Source: Lama guanicoe (lineage: Eukaryota). Taken from it: a stretch of DNA of 64,000 bases. The stretch is taken from positions 1,491,892-1,555,891 of the forward strand of contig MU054049.1 of assembly GCA_013239625.1 (NCBI GenBank). The letters run 5' to 3'. Positions 24,627 through 38,454 of this stretch are shown here, one piece after another (the first letter of the stretch is position 1; every line of letters begins with the position of its first letter). A program made the position numbers and the translations under genes. Under the pieces are notes generated by a model. It was not told the DNA's origin and made no database searches. It saw only the letters and a program-made list of their open reading frames with translations.

Positions 24627-27084
24627 ACAGTAGTACTTCATAACTGTGACTTAACTGTGACTTCTTTGTGAATCTAGATTTTTAGGAACCTCCCTCTTCC
24701 CTTCTGACCTGCCCAGTCCCATCCATGGTTACAGCCCACCCCTCCAGGATGCCGTCCGCCACCCCCACTCCCAGTCCGCTGCTCAGCTCACACTGTCTGG
24801 TTCTCCCTTTGTGACTTGGTTCGCCCTGGCCTTGCCGAGCACAGACAGGCCATGTGTGTATATAGCAGGACTTCTCAGCACATTCAAGGATAGGGTTCTC
24901 ACTGCTTCTTTTTCTTCCTGCTGGCCTCGGCCTCACTCAACGGCAGGCTCTCAGAGCACATTTACATCCCAACATAAATATTTATTGAATGAAATTGACT
25001 GATGTCTGAGCAAGGCTGGTGCAGGCAATTCCCACCTCTCAGCCTCGTCACCAATCACCCTGCAGCGCCCCACAAGCCAGCTTGGTGAGGGGCGAGGCTC
25101 CGCTTGACAGACTGGACTGATACACACCCAGGGCATTCACCATGTACCTGTCTACCTATCTGTGTCTTCCTTCATTCCACAGACAGCTGTGGGGCACCAG
25201 GTTTGTGCCAGGTGCATTCAAGGGATGCACTTGTAAATGAGACCCCAGGGATTGAGGAGGCTGGTGTGTCAGGAAAGTCTCTCATAATCATTATAGCGGC
25301 GCTTACCAAAGCCCAGGCTCCAGGGGAGGCTGCACCCTTGAAGCGGAACCCGGCTGCCCAAGGCTGCCCCCTACCCTCCCAGCCGCATGGCCCAGCGTCC
25401 CAGCCAGAGAGGCTGAGCCCCGCGGCTGCAGGAGGGCGGCAGGCTTTTGCTGGGGAGGTGGAGGGTCCCAAGCACAGCTTCCCCTCCAGGTCCATCCTGT
25501 AGTTCAAACATTCCTCTTCTCCTTCACCCTCTCATTCCTCCAACAGATGCTCACTGAGAACCGTGTTTGTGCCAGCCTTATGCTGCAGGCAAGAGAAAAG
25601 AGATGTCTTTTTATTTCACTGTGCTTAAAACCTTTCAGATAGTATACTGCGATTTTTTTTTAAACTAATATTATCTCCCTAAGTAGGCTAAATGCCATGA
25701 AGGTAGAGAACAGGTCAGTGTGGGTTCGTCATGACATTCTCACCCCTTAGCCCAGTGCCTGGCATTCACTAGACATGCAGGATGCATCAGAATAAGACAA
25801 GACCTATGGGCTCGAGTCCAAGAGAACACAGACATGAACAGAGCATTGGGCGATCCATGCCTCTCCCTGCAGTGCCGGTCTTGTGTCCTTCGATGCTCTC
25901 TGGGACAAGTCAGGGCATAAATAAGTATATGAATCAAGGGCAATCAATTGTCTCTTCTCTCCTGTTAACTCTTACTAAATGTTGCTGAGGGTTTTCAAAT
26001 AGTCATAAGCAGTCACCTCCAAGATGGTCCATGAGCAAAGTGGACACACTGTCCAGTCTTACAGAAAAGGCTACAACCAGATAAAAGCACTTCTCCTGGG
26101 CTGCTTGGCCCAACTCCACTCACAAGCAATTCTAGAAACCTTCTCTCTCCCCATTCTGCAGCCTGGAGGAGTAGAATGCACATGGTGTTGGGTGTCTGAA
26201 ATCCCCGTTGCTACTTTCCAGCTCCCGAGTTATCTTAGCTTTTTGAACATCATATGCCCTGTACGTGTGGTGGTGGTAGTGAGCGTGTGTGAGCGCCCTT
26301 TCATAAAACTGAAGAGGAGCAGGGATGGGGAATGGGTAATCTCCCTTCCACCTTCACATCCTCCCCCAAGAATGTCTGTGTTGGCTCTGGCTACTCACCA
26401 TTTTCACCCCTTTAACCAAGAAGTAGTGTTTGGATCGGGGCAGGTAGGAGCGGATAATTAGAAAAGGTGAGGGGACCCCTCATTTTTTACTTTATAAAGG
26501 GGTAGCCACCTGGCTGTTACAGTGGATGCTTTGTTTGTTTGTTTGTTTTTCCAGAATCAATATTGGCTCTGTTTTAAAAAGTACACACATTGCCTCTGCT
26601 TTCATAGTGTTCAAAATGTGAAAACAATTGTACAAAACACAACTGACCAAGGTCCCTACCCTGTCCCTTCACACAATGATAATTTCTGACTTCTGAAGGC
26701 AACTGAACTTGCCATCCATGGACTTTTCTTTTTTTTTAAGTGCTGAGTTTGGGCCTGACTTTCCTTTCATTCTGCTCCTCAGGAAAAAAGAAAAGAAGTT
26801 GTCTAAAGGAAAAAAATCAATCAATCAGTGAATTAAATGTTAAGATTTTTTTAAGAAAGTGCATTGGGGAAGATAGTGAAATTAAAAACACCCAGCATCT
26901 CACAACCTAAAAGAACCATTGCTCACATTTTATTATGTAATTTTATATGAACTTGTTTTATGCTTGCTTTTTAAAAGAAAAAAAATGAGATCATGCCACT
27001 GCCTGGTTTTGGAGTTTCTTACTCACTTAATGGTGTATGATGAGTGTCCTTCCCTTCTTCCACAATATTCTTAGTGGTTCTACA

Positions 27085-27524
27085 CAGTTAGGTTATAGGT
27101 TTAGTGACTGAAATAAAGACCCACAATAGTGGCTTAAACAAGACAGTCCACTTCCGTCTAACCCAGATATCCAGTCTGGTATAGTGGCTCTGCTCCAGGA
27201 GGTGGCGGAGCTCCCTTTATTCTGCATTCTTCCCATCCCTCAGGTGTTGCCTTGTCTTCATGGCCCCAGAGGACCCCTCCCCATATCTGCCCTGCAGCCA
27301 CCAGGGAGGATGGAGAAGGCGGGTGGGTGGCACAACTTCATTGGAAGGCACAGCCCTTCCGGCACCTGGAAGGTGCATGCATTACCTCCACTCTCCTCCT
27401 CTTGGCCAGGACTGTGGCTACACCCAGCTGTTAGGGGCGCATCCATATGCCCAGATAAATACATCTGTTATCATGGGAGAAAGGAGAATGGATACTGGGG
27501 GACAGCTGGCAGTGATTGCCACAA
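27085..27524. mobile_element. MLT1 (ERVL-MaLR) LTR, old
   Basis: 'agtggcttaaacaaga' near one end and 'ggagaatggatactgggggacagctggcagtgattgccaca' at the other, typical of MLT1J/K. Confidence 0.7.
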
Positions 27525-29918
27525 CACTGTTTCATTTGGCGGGCTGTGGTGGGACATTCACACACCCATTGTTATTCTCTTGAGACAAATTTTCAGTAGA
27601 TAAGCTGCTTGATTGAACAATAAGCATATGGTTTCCCAAGATTCCCAAGACATTCCTACTTCCTCCGGATGCTGTGAAAGCCATACCCACTTAAATAGTC
27701 CCCTTCCAGCTTGAGCACCCTTCAACTTTCCATCCTTTAATCAGGGGACCAGTCTGCATGGGTGGTAGACCTCAGTGAGCACAGCCCTGAACTGAAAACC
27801 ACACCCATCACACTAATCCCACAAGCCTGATTCAGCCCCTTCTAGCTTCGGGTGGCAACGCTGGAGCCAGGCAGGGCCTCGAGGACAGCCCAGAAAGTCA
27901 GATAACTGCTGGTGAGGACCCGCAGGCCAGGGGACAAAGGTCTGGATGGCAGCCCTTGATACCCCCAAACAGACCTTTGGGAGGCTGGTTGGGGACAGAG
28001 GTCACAATCAGGAAACCGAAGGCAAAAGGACACTGGGGTAGGGGCTGGAAGGCAGGTCCTGGAGCAGGCACAAGGTCAGGGTTTTCTTTCCCAGGCTGAG
28101 GAGGACGATATTCACAAGGTCAGACACCAAGGGAGTTAAGACACCAGACCACCAGCTGATTTCTCCCTAAGGTCAGACATCCAGCAGTGGTCCTCAGGAT
28201 CTGCCCGAACCCACTCAGCTCCTTCTGCCACCAGCAGATGGGGTGTTCTGCTTACACCCCCACCGGGGGACCATAATTCCTGGGTCACAAGTCATTACTG
28301 TAAACTCCATCAAAACCTAAGTTCATATTAAAAGCGGAAGTGTGAGAGAGGCAGGAAGGGAAAACCCTCAGCAACCCCATCTTGGGCAGCGGAAAAGTGG
28401 ATTGGGGTCTCTGTGTCCCCAGTTCTTTCTCCCAGCCCTGTTTCCTCACACTGGGCTGACAAAGTGCTGCCAGTTTCCCACAGAGCCCGGCACCCCAGAG
28501 TCACCCCCATGGATTTAAGCCAGAGCCAACAACAGCCACCAGGTGGCACCAAACTTCAGAGACAGTAGCTCCTTCCCCTTCGGCAGGAAATGCTGTACAG
28601 ACAGCCTCAAGTCCGAGGCTGGAGCCCCAGCTGATTTATCTGGGTGTTGCCTGCTCCCCGACTGAGCGAGAGCTCAGGATGTGTAGATGTCTTCTGGTTG
28701 TAGGATGGACAGTTGGATGGAAGGATGGAGTTGGCTCCCCCTGCCGGAGCTGGGCACTTCTTCTCCTGTAAGTGGGCACTACAGATGAGGCTGGGGGGTG
28801 TACCCTCGGCCTCACAAGTAGCTCCAACTCCAGAACAGGCCTTCCCAGGTGCCTCTGCCCCTGGCTCCACCCGGGTCTACAATGTGGGGAGAGGGTCTTT
28901 ATTATACACATTGGAGGTCTACCCCCACACCAAGGGGGTGAACAGCAAGAGGTCGCTGGGGTGTCCTAATGCTGCATCTTACCTGGAGCGATCAGAGAAG
29001 CCTCTCCTGTACCCAGTCCCCACCACAGCCTAGTCACCTCCCGCCCCTGCCCTGGCTCTTCTCTCTGTCTGGGAAGCCTTCCAGGCTCTGGCCCTCACTT
29101 CATCCGTTCGCTGCTCAAAGTCATCTCTTCAAGAGAAGACTCTCAGGGCCACCACAGCCCCACTCCCCCAGCTCTCTCCAACTTTCTGCTCTTCTGCCTT
29201 AATTTCCCTTTTAGCTGTCAACACTTTCTCACGTGTTCGGTCCATCTCCCTGTTAGCATGCAATCTCAGTGGTGCAACCCGGGGTCTAGAACAAACCTGG
29301 CACCCAGCACTCTGCTGACTGAACCAATTCTAGCTCCTTCCCCGGCTGGACCCGCTTCATGCAGTCCCTTGTTCCCCCAGCCACCCCGGCCAGGACTCCC
29401 ACCACCAGGGAGTGTTCATCCCCACCACCCCCACCCTCTACCCAGAAGTGGACCTTTATCTACAAAAGAAATGTCTCCTTAATTACCCTGCTAATGGTAA
29501 GCCCTACAGTCCTAGCTCTGCACCACCCCATTGCAAACCTCCTTCCCTTACAAAGTCCAGGATAAACAAATCCAATATATTTTGTTTTAATTATCACTGT
29601 TTAATGAGCCATAATGAAACTATGGTGAGAGTGCACGAAGGAAGATCGTTTAGAGGAGGCGCCGGTGCAGAGCTGCTGGTGAGTGAGAGCCTCACCTGCT
29701 GTTCGAGTTTCATTTACAATAATCTGGCTGCCTGTCTGCGCCCAGCAACCCACCCAGCATCCCTCTCTGCCTTTGGTTCTGAGCCTGCCACCCCGGCAGG
29801 ATGTGCGCCCTCATGGAGAGCAGTCAGGAAAGCAGGGACCACGGGGACAATAGAAGCACCCACGGGCCGGGTGCCTGAATTGTTCCCCAGACTCATGGAG
29901 GCAAGTGGGCAACTTTTA

Positions 29919-30492
29919 TGCAATTTCTGACAGTCTGATAAGCCATACCTAAAAAAGGCATCTTGTTTTGAGGTGGGAAGCCCCATGAAAAAAGACTGCA
30001 GGATCCCGAGGCAAGGCCGCTACTCTCCTGACAGCAGCATCCAGTTCCCTGGCCCGGGGGCATTATCTCACTTTTTGCCTCTGAAACAGCTTATTTCTAG
30101 GAAAGTAGAACTTACCCCTAAGGTTCTATTGTTTTCCTGAGCTAACTCCTGATTGGTCCATTTGTAGTACCTCATTTGCATGGGGCTCACTCCTGGTTGG
30201 TCCATTTCTATTACTTCTGATTGGTTCATTTCTACAAAGCTCGTTCCTAATTAGTCAACTTTGTTACACCTTATTTGCATTTGATGTTGCAAAGTATAGA
30301 CTGGCAGCCTATAAAAGCTTGTGTAAACCTACACACGGGGTCCAGAGCTTGCAGTGTTAATTCCTCTGTTCCCGCTGGTGTAATAAACCTGAGTTCTCCA
30401 ACTCTCTGAGTGCTGCTTGGTCTCTCGCCCGGACCCAGGTTGCTGTCACAACTGAGCTGTAGCACTGAGCTGTAGCACACTTTGCTGCAACG
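29919..30492 (+). mobile_element. Solo ERV LTR (5' boundary uncertain)
   Basis: U3-R-U5 order: repeated gattgg/ggttgg boxes (30151, 30195, 30219), ATTTGCAT x2, TATAAAA 30310-30316, AATAAA 30382-30387, end ...tgcaacg. Possible TSD tttta (29914-29918 and 30493-30497). Confidence 0.8.
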
Positions 30493-31653
30493 TTTTATCT
30501 TCTCCTTTAAAACAAAAAAATTTATGGGGTTAAGCAGTTAACTGTACAGATATTATCTCTACTGTATTGTATATTTTGGAGGTTTTTCTTTTGGGGGTGG
30601 GGACGGGAAATCGTCTTATTCCATGACTATTTTCCTGTTGGAGGGGTCATGATTCTTACTGGAAGATTAATGATTTGTAAGAGCTCTAGGTGCAGTAAGG
30701 TTTTACTCCTTTGTTTTTCATCTGTGTTACAGACGTTTTTCTAGGTTTATTGTGTGGCAGTGGCTGTGTGTCCCCTCGGGACAATCCCAACTGCTCTGGG
30801 CTTTTGCCTCGGCGAAGGCAGGGGTTGTCCCCTGACAGCTCTCATCTCACGATGAGTGAGGGAGAGGCAGAGCCCTCATTCCTCACTAGGGTGCTGGTTC
30901 TCTGGTTACCCAGGAAGAGAGACCCCCCTCCTCCCTAGCCCCTAGGAGGACCCAAGCTCACCTGCATCACCCCTATCACTGCTCACACACACACACACCA
31001 GCTCTGTCCTGCGTTCAGACATCTCTGTTTTTCCAGCCACTCACTCTACTCTAGTCTTACCTTTAGGCTCTTGGATCCTTTGACTCTCGTTTTCTGCTTA
31101 GGAAGGGGCTGGGGAAGGATAAAAAACAGCCTTGGGGCACCAGTGAGAGAATTCAGGAGAAAAAGAACTCTCCAGAAAAACCACACAGATGAGCCTGAGC
31201 ACCCCCTCCACCACGGCTTGTCCTACTTGTGTTCACAGAAAGATTTGAAAACTTGTGGTCAGTCTATGAGCAGGGAAGAGTGAGGGCTGCCTTCTCACTG
31301 CTGTCCCTCAAAGGAGTGTTTGATGGTGGAGTTTGGGGGGCTGTGTCAGCTGCAGAGAAAATGGGGGGATCTTGGAAACAGCCGAGGTGACTTTCAACTC
31401 TGCAGAGCCACATCCCGTCACTCGCAAATTGCCCCTGACCCGTGAGAACTGGAGCACTGGGAGCAAGGGGCAGGCAACCCCTCACACAGGATTTCCTGGC
31501 TCAGCCTGACTCTGGTCCTGAGCACAAAATTCTTGGGGGCAGGGGACAGAGGCAAGAGGTGGGTGGTTTGTCTGGCCCCTAACTATAGCCAGGGGATTAT
31601 CTGAAGAACATAGGTATTGTGTGTGCCTTCATCTAGTCAATCAACAAACTGTT

Positions 31654-31836
31654 CACAGGGAACTATATTCAATGGCTTGTTATAACCTGTAATGAAAAAG
31701 AATATGAGAAAGAATATGTATATATCTATATCTATATATCTATATATACACGTATAACTGAATCACTATGCTGCACACAAGAAACCAATACATTATAAAT
31801 CAACTATACTTCAGGTTTTTTTTAAATGGGGGAAAA
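31654..31836 (+). mobile_element. 5'-truncated L1 3'-end fragment with TSD
   Basis: 'cacagggaactatattcaa...tataactgaatcactatgctg'. aaactgtt flanks both sides (31646-31653 and 31837-31844). Confidence 0.82.
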
Positions 31837-32522
31837 AAACTGTTGCCAGGCTGAAGGGGCCAAGACATGCCCGGAGGCATCCTGCTGTCCAGGCATCTCT
31901 GCAGTAAAGCAGCAGCAGACTCTGCAGGTCCAAAGAATCCTTTTCCATTTTGCTCTGCAGACAACCAGTGTTCCCACAGACTCATGCTGATGCACTTGGG
32001 TTTTTACTGCAAAATGATAAACTTCTGCCTGAGATGGGGGATCAGGGACACTGATGGTTGGGAGCTGGGTGACCCATGGGCCGGGGTCTTTGAAAGTGAA
32101 CTGGTTCTGCAGGCCCCAGCCCCACAGAAGGTGAGAGAAGAGGGTAAAACCACAGAGCTGTGGTGGGGCTGAGCTGGGGCAGGATGAGGCACTGCCAGTC
32201 CACCCCCAACTCCATCACGATGGACTGATGGAAAAACAGCCAGGACGGGAACCCAGGTCTGAGGGCTCAGGAGTTGTGCCGTGAGTGGAGCTTGAGGAGT
32301 TTTATGCTGGCCAGGAGGGCAGGACCCTACGGAGAATAGTGATTAGGAGAAAGGGGAGGGGTGGAGCCCAGGGAAGTCTGAGGAAGGACTCTGCTTGCAG
32401 CTTCCGCTCCATCTAGGCCCGTGGCCAGCACACCCCTGCCCATTCAGACAGCATCCCTGCCTGCCTTCCACAGCACCCCACGCCCCTCTCACCTGCGAGA
32501 GCTCCTATGCATCCCTCTAGAC

Positions 32523-32745
32523 CAGTGCTTCTCAATGGGGGTAATTTTGTCCCCAGGGGACATTTGCCAAACTCTGGAGCTGTTTCTGGTCATAACTGGG
32601 GCAGGGGTAAGAGGTTGTTTCTGGCCTCCGGTGGGAGAGGAAGAGGATGCTGTTAAACACCTGCAATGCAGGGGAAACCCCCACCCCAGCAAAGACTCCT
32701 CCACCCGCCTTCAAACGCCAATAGTACTGAAACTGACAAACCCTG
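32523..32745. mobile_element. MER20 (hAT-Charlie) DNA transposon
   Basis: Starts cagtgcttctcaa, contains 'cccccaggggacatttg' and 'ggatgctgttaaaca', ends aaaccctg. 8-bp TSD ctctagac (32515-32522) / ctctacac (32746-32753). Confidence 0.88.
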
Positions 32746-34690
32746 CTCTACACCCAGCTTGTTCATTCGTCCATTCATTCATTTGGCACATATTTATTGA
32801 GTGGCAACAATGTGCCAGCTCTAATGTCCCCTCTACTGTCATGCCTCCCCTACCCCAGGCTCCGTGGGTCCCTCCTCTCCCTCCCCTTGGCCCCATTATC
32901 TCCCCGGTGTCTTCCTTGAGGAGCAGACATGTCCCAAACCCCAGCTCTGTGCCAGGTCTGGTACTGCAGAAGGTCCAGCAACACACACTCCTCCTCGGCT
33001 CTCCCAGCCCTGCCCCGCACCATCTTCTTTGCCACCTTTTATGTGACCTAGTGTTTATTCTGTCTCCCTCACCAGAGGTGAGTGTCCATCTCTCCTTTTT
33101 GCTTTCTGTACAAATTTCGATTTCCCTTTCCCCCGCTGATGTCCTAGAGGTCAACATAGCCCTGGTACCTCTGGCAGGCCACGGATCCCTTGGAGCTGAG
33201 TTTCACACATTGCAGCCACCTGGGAGGGGGCCGTTGGTGATGCATGATGGCGAGTCTAGCTGGGGCAGCCGCTGTAGCTCAGAGGGCAGCTGCAGAGCTG
33301 CAGAGGGCAGCACAGCGATCTGCATAGCCTGGCCTGAGCCCCACTCCGTGGGCCTGCCGCAGCCGTCACCTACCACCTCTGTCCTCCAGGGGGCAGTGAG
33401 TACAGATAGGGTTTCCCGTGACCTTGCAGTTACTGGCCCACCCACTCCCCGCTGTGTGCTGTGAGCAGCGACACTCAAGGGCCAGACCCCAGGAAGTGGG
33501 GGTATAGATACACAACACGTGCCAGGTCCAGACGGCTGGAGTTAAATAGGAGGGCCCTGCAGCCATGCCACCTGGGGTCAAACTCTGGCTCTGGCTCTTA
33601 CTAGCTGAGTGGCCTTTTTAAAGTGCCTCAGTTTCCCACTCTGTAAATAGCAATAATAATACACCTCAGAGGCCTGCTGAGAACACTAAAGTCATATAAC
33701 TTGATCTAAAGGAGCTTAAATAACTCATTCAGCCCTGCAAGAGGTCCCAAACTGACCCAAGTTTTTGCAAACGGCAGGAAGGTTTAGACAGCCTCAGTAG
33801 ATGGACCAAGTCAGCGGGAGGTAAAGGGCAGAACTAGGGTCTGAACCCCGGCAATGTGGCTTCAAAGTCACTGTTCATAACCGCTACATGACCCAGCCTC
33901 CAACTGGCCTCTCCGCGCCTTGTAAGACGCCGCCGTCACCTCTTGGTAAAATCTTTGTGCTGGTGTGATCAGAGGGGGGACATGGGGGAGCTTTGCAAAT
34001 GCACAGTGTCACCCACGGATGGGAGCCTGACAGTGTCGCCGGGCTGCCTGCTGAGACCAGGGCCCTGGGTCTCCCTCTGGTCAGACCCCTTTCCTGGCCC
34101 ACTGGGCACCCTCTTGTCTGATGCCTCTCCTGCCTGTCAGAGGGGCCCATGACACCCAGCACACTGTCAATAGAGCTCTTGCCCACTCAGGCTGAGTGTG
34201 AGGCTGTCCTCGCTGTTGGGCAGGGCTGGGTAGTCCCCCAGGGGGCCCCTTGCCCCTGCTGTTGGTGTAGACGTCACACAAGGAATTCCTGGTCCCTTTC
34301 CTGTCCACTTCCGGTTGGTCCTGCATAGCTGTCCTCCTGTGGCGTGCCCACGTGCTTTGTGGTCAGGGCCAGAAAGCTCCTGGCTGAGACCTTCCTCTGG
34401 ATCCAGACAGATACCTGGGGATGACATCCGAGTGCCAGGGTCCAAACAGGTAGGAATCAAACAGGATGGCCCTGCAGCCTCACCACCTGGGTCCAAACTC
34501 TGGTTCTTATTAGCTGAGCATTTTCCCCCTCAATGGGTAGCATCTACTGGGAAATTTCCATGTGCCAGGCACCTGGTACTTAAAGCACATTATCTGAAAC
34601 AATCTTCACAATAACCTCACGAAGTAGGTACTATATTCATCCCCATTTTACATATAAAGAATCTGAAACTTAAAACTTAAGACGGGTAGA

Positions 34691-34780
34691 GGGAGGGTAG
34701 AGCTCAGTGGCAGAGCGCAGGCTTAGCACGCACGAGGTCCCGGGTTCAGTCCCAAGTACCTCCATTAAAACAGTAATAAA
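34691..34780 (+). mobile_element. tRNA-derived SINE (Vic-1 type), short-tailed
   Basis: 'gggagggtagagctcagtggcagagcgcaggcttagcacgcacgaggtcccgggttcagtcccaagtacctccattaaaa'. Confidence 0.82.
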
Positions 34781-35399
34781 ATGTGTAGAGACAAGGAAAT
34801 GTCTTCAGTATGAACCAGTTTCCCTGAAACAAGCCAAATGAGCAAGTCATTGGTTTTCTGCCTAAACAGACGCAAGCCAGTGCATGGTTTTAATGGAAAG
34901 ACAATCCCAGTAAACATTTTATCTTTGTGTATTAACAACGGAAAAGATCTTAAATGTCACGCAGTCCCACAAGCCACACCCCAAATTAAGGAAGCAGAGA
35001 TTGGCATCCCTGGTCACCTTCTCAGATTTGCGTAATGGCAGCCCCAAAGAACCCTGCCCCATTGAATGGCATTTTATGCCTCGATTTCCCCATCTATACA
35101 ATAGCAGTAAAAATGATACAAACCTCATAGTCTTGCCGAGAGCATTAAATTCGTCTGACTTGGTATGGATGAGTGGTCTTTCTTAGCCCAAGCCAACTTT
35201 CCCATGAGTTGGGCATTCCCAGCATTCAGTGCCCCCTTGGGGTTCAAAACCAACTCCAGTAAAATGATTTCATTCATTCATTTCCCACCTTTGCAGTGTG
35301 ATACAACCAATCCGGTCCCCACTATTGACGACATAGTTTTCTATAAATCACTTCACATTGGTAACCCCAAATTTATTTTAAATGAACATTTGAAAGTGG

Positions 35400-36860
35400 C
35401 AGCATTAACCCAGTATCTTCGTGTTCTGAGGATGGACTGAAAATAAATACGCAGTACAAATGATATGATCTCAAGGAGCATACACAGTGCTCGGTCTCTT
35501 AATACCATTCTCCACTAAAACAGGAGCCAGGTTTGCAACTGCTATGTACGTGTGGAATTATTTCAGAATAAAAAGTAAAAAGAGAGAGAGAGAAATAGAG
35601 AGAGGGATGAGGGGAACACGACCCCTCACAGAAATAGCCGACTCCAGCTCGGGCAGAGAAAGTTCACTCTGAGCCTGAACCACCCTGATGCACCAGGAGG
35701 TAAGGAAGTAGCCAAAAACTATGGGAACATGTCAAAAGGCTACACTTAACGCAATTCCTGGCCAAGACTGGGACTATCTGAGCATCAAAATAAATGATGA
35801 TACTAATGGATTATCGTCTACTGAACAAAATAAGACTCTCTGAGTCCATTCTGCTGTAAATAAATAAAGAAGCAGAAACAGCTCTTCCTTCCAGTAAATG
35901 CCAATAATAAGTATAGAAGGAATGATGGAGTTAGAAAATCCTCTGGCAGCCATCATAGATTCAGGCAAACCTCAACAATGAAGGTCAAAAGCAGTGGGCA
36001 AAATTTTGACAAGGAATGGGGTAGCCACATCATCTTGAAAGCATTTCCCCCACAAAGGGGGAGCTCAAAGGGAAGTGGGGGTACAGATATACAACAAGTT
36101 TCTTCTGTAGAGCACAGGGAACTATTTTCAATACCTTGTAGTAAGCTATGATGAGAAAGAATATGAAAATGAATATATGTACGTACATGTATGACTGAAA
36201 CATTATGCTGTACACCAGAAATTGACACATTGTAAACCAGTGAAATTTCAATTAAAAAATTTTTTTAAAATAAATAACCAGGGGAGGTGGGGGTAAAGCA
36301 TAACCTAGAGGGAAGGAACTTGGGGGAAACCCATCGTCTCTAAGTGGTCAAGGTCGACATGACCAGCGTGGCCACAGAGGCTCGTCAAGCCTGCCAAGAC
36401 CATGCTGTGAGGGGACACCACACCACCTCTGCTAAAGATGCTTCGCTAAACCCTAATCATGAGCAAACACCCTGCAGCCTCAAACTGAGAGACATTCCAC
36501 AATGACCAAGTTGTGAAGGTCAGGAAGGCCAAAGAAAGATGGGACTGTCGCCCTTAAAGGAGACAAAAAGGATGGATGACCAAAGACGGTGTGTGGTCTT
36601 GCATGAGGGGGTGGCAGGAGCTGCAGGGGACAGAGGGGGCAGTTGAGAAAATCTGAACATGGACTTCGTGTCAGATCACAGTGTTGTATCAATGTTAAAT
36701 TTCTTGCCGTTGATAACTGTACCGTGGGTATCTGAGAGATAGTCCTTGTTCTTAGAAAAAACACACTGAATTATTTAGGGGCCGAGTGGTATGTCTACAA
36801 CTCACTCTCAAATGGTCAGGAACAAAAAAGTGTATGTGTGTGCAAGCAAACGGGAAAAAT
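35400..36860 (+). mobile_element. Old L1MC/MD 3' region interrupted by a younger L1 tail at 36084-36280
   Basis: L1M 3' motifs ('ataccattctccactaaaa', 'tgttaaatttcttg...cttgttcttagaaaa', 'actctcaaatggt'). The younger insert is flanked by agggaagtgggggta / ggggaggtgggggta. Confidence 0.7.
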
Positions 36861-38454
36861 GGAAACAGTGCACGCACCGCACACGCAGGGAACGTGATCA
36901 GCTCGTGCTCAGTTCTCTGGGTGATACTGAGGGAAGAGGGCGGTCAATGCTATCAATCCTTAGGCACCGGAAGGTCTGGCAGCCACCTGCTCTTGATCAT
37001 CAAGTAGTTAATTTCTTCCCTTTGGTGGTGGTTTTTAGCATCTGAAAAACTCAGGAAATATCCATGAGATACTACTATCTGGGTACATCAGAGCGGAGCT
37101 GCCACAGAGGATATGGGGAAGGGGTCTGTCCTCTGAAGGTCCCCAGGGTCCTGCTCGATTACACAAGCCACTTCTCCCAAGTACGAATGGAAGCTGGAGA
37201 ATTTTTCCAGGGATGAGGGAAATATTGCTGAAACGCATGACATTGAATCTTTGTTTTATAATCTGCGGGCAGCATAGGACCCAGAGAGGAAGAGAGACTG
37301 GCCCAGGTCACCCAGCAAGGGGCTCCTGACCCCTCACCAGGGCCTCTGAGCCAGGCAGACCCCTTCCTCACCTCCTTGGCAGGACCCAGGCCCAGCCAGA
37401 GGGCCCCTCCTTCCAGCACTCAGGGCTTGCTCCTCACTCTGCTGCTTCCAGCACTGTTTTGTCAGGAAACTCTCACTACTCCCCTCACCTAGCCCTGGTG
37501 GGCTACACATAGGGGACCCTGGAAGTCAGCCTGGAACACTTCCTCTTCCCCACATGCCATCCAGTCCATCCCCCAACTACCTCAGTTCTCATTACAGCGC
37601 CTCTTCTAACTAAGCAAGGTGTTAATCTCTTGGTGCCTCGGTTTCTTTGCCTGTCAAATGGGGACAGCAGCCATACCTACCTCAGGGGGTTGTTATTTTG
37701 ACTAGTAAGGGAGGTAGCATTTGGAAGTGCTGGGAGGAGCCCTCCGACGTGCTAAGACTCGTCTAAGTGCTGTGCTCACAGCAGGCTCTCACCCGACCCC
37801 CATCAGCGTCATCATCAGCATCATCACCATCTTCGTCATCACCATCCTGGCATCTCTCCATCTCCCCCAACCCGGTGCTGGGCCATCACCTCCCACCTGC
37901 ACTCCTCCGAAATGGTCTCCTCACAGGCAGGGCAGCCCACTCATGTCTCTATGGTCTCTGGGATCCTTCCAAATGCAAAGCTGACCCTTTTTACTTCCCC
38001 TTTACTCTTAGGATAAAAGCGAAAGTCTTTGCAGTGGCCCATAGGATGGCCATGGTTCCCCCGGTCCCCTCTGTAACAGGAAACTGCTCCCACTGTCCTC
38101 ACCCACCGCCTCCTACTCTCCCTCCTGACCTTGCCCACCCCATCCTGCCCCCTTCCTCCCTGGCCCTCTGTTCAGTGTGAAATTGCCCCACCCAGGGGCT
38201 CTCCCTGTGCCTCTTTGAGCTGGCACCTGTGTTCCCAGCACTCAGTTCACAGGTGATGCAGGGCTCATGCTTAGCAAGTATTTCAGGAATGAAGCCATTA
38301 ATGTCCAGACAGTAACCAGGACTTGGTTTCTGAGCAGCCTGGTTTTGTTGTTGTTTATGTTGTTTTCATTTTCTAACAGCAACAGTATTTACAATTGCCA
38401 AGATACGGAAGCATCCTAAGTGCACATCAATAGATGACTGGATAAAGAAGATGC

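Noticed and set aside
32421..33464. Longest ORF in the track (347 aa) as a novel gene
   Set aside because: It starts at GTG, runs straight through a MER20 with intact TSDs and an L2-like stretch, and has no recognisable domain.
34691..34765. tRNA gene (likewise the head at 14268-14341)
   Set aside because: It has A and B boxes but is followed by SINE-type A-rich tails, and diverged copies occur five times in the window, several with TSDs.
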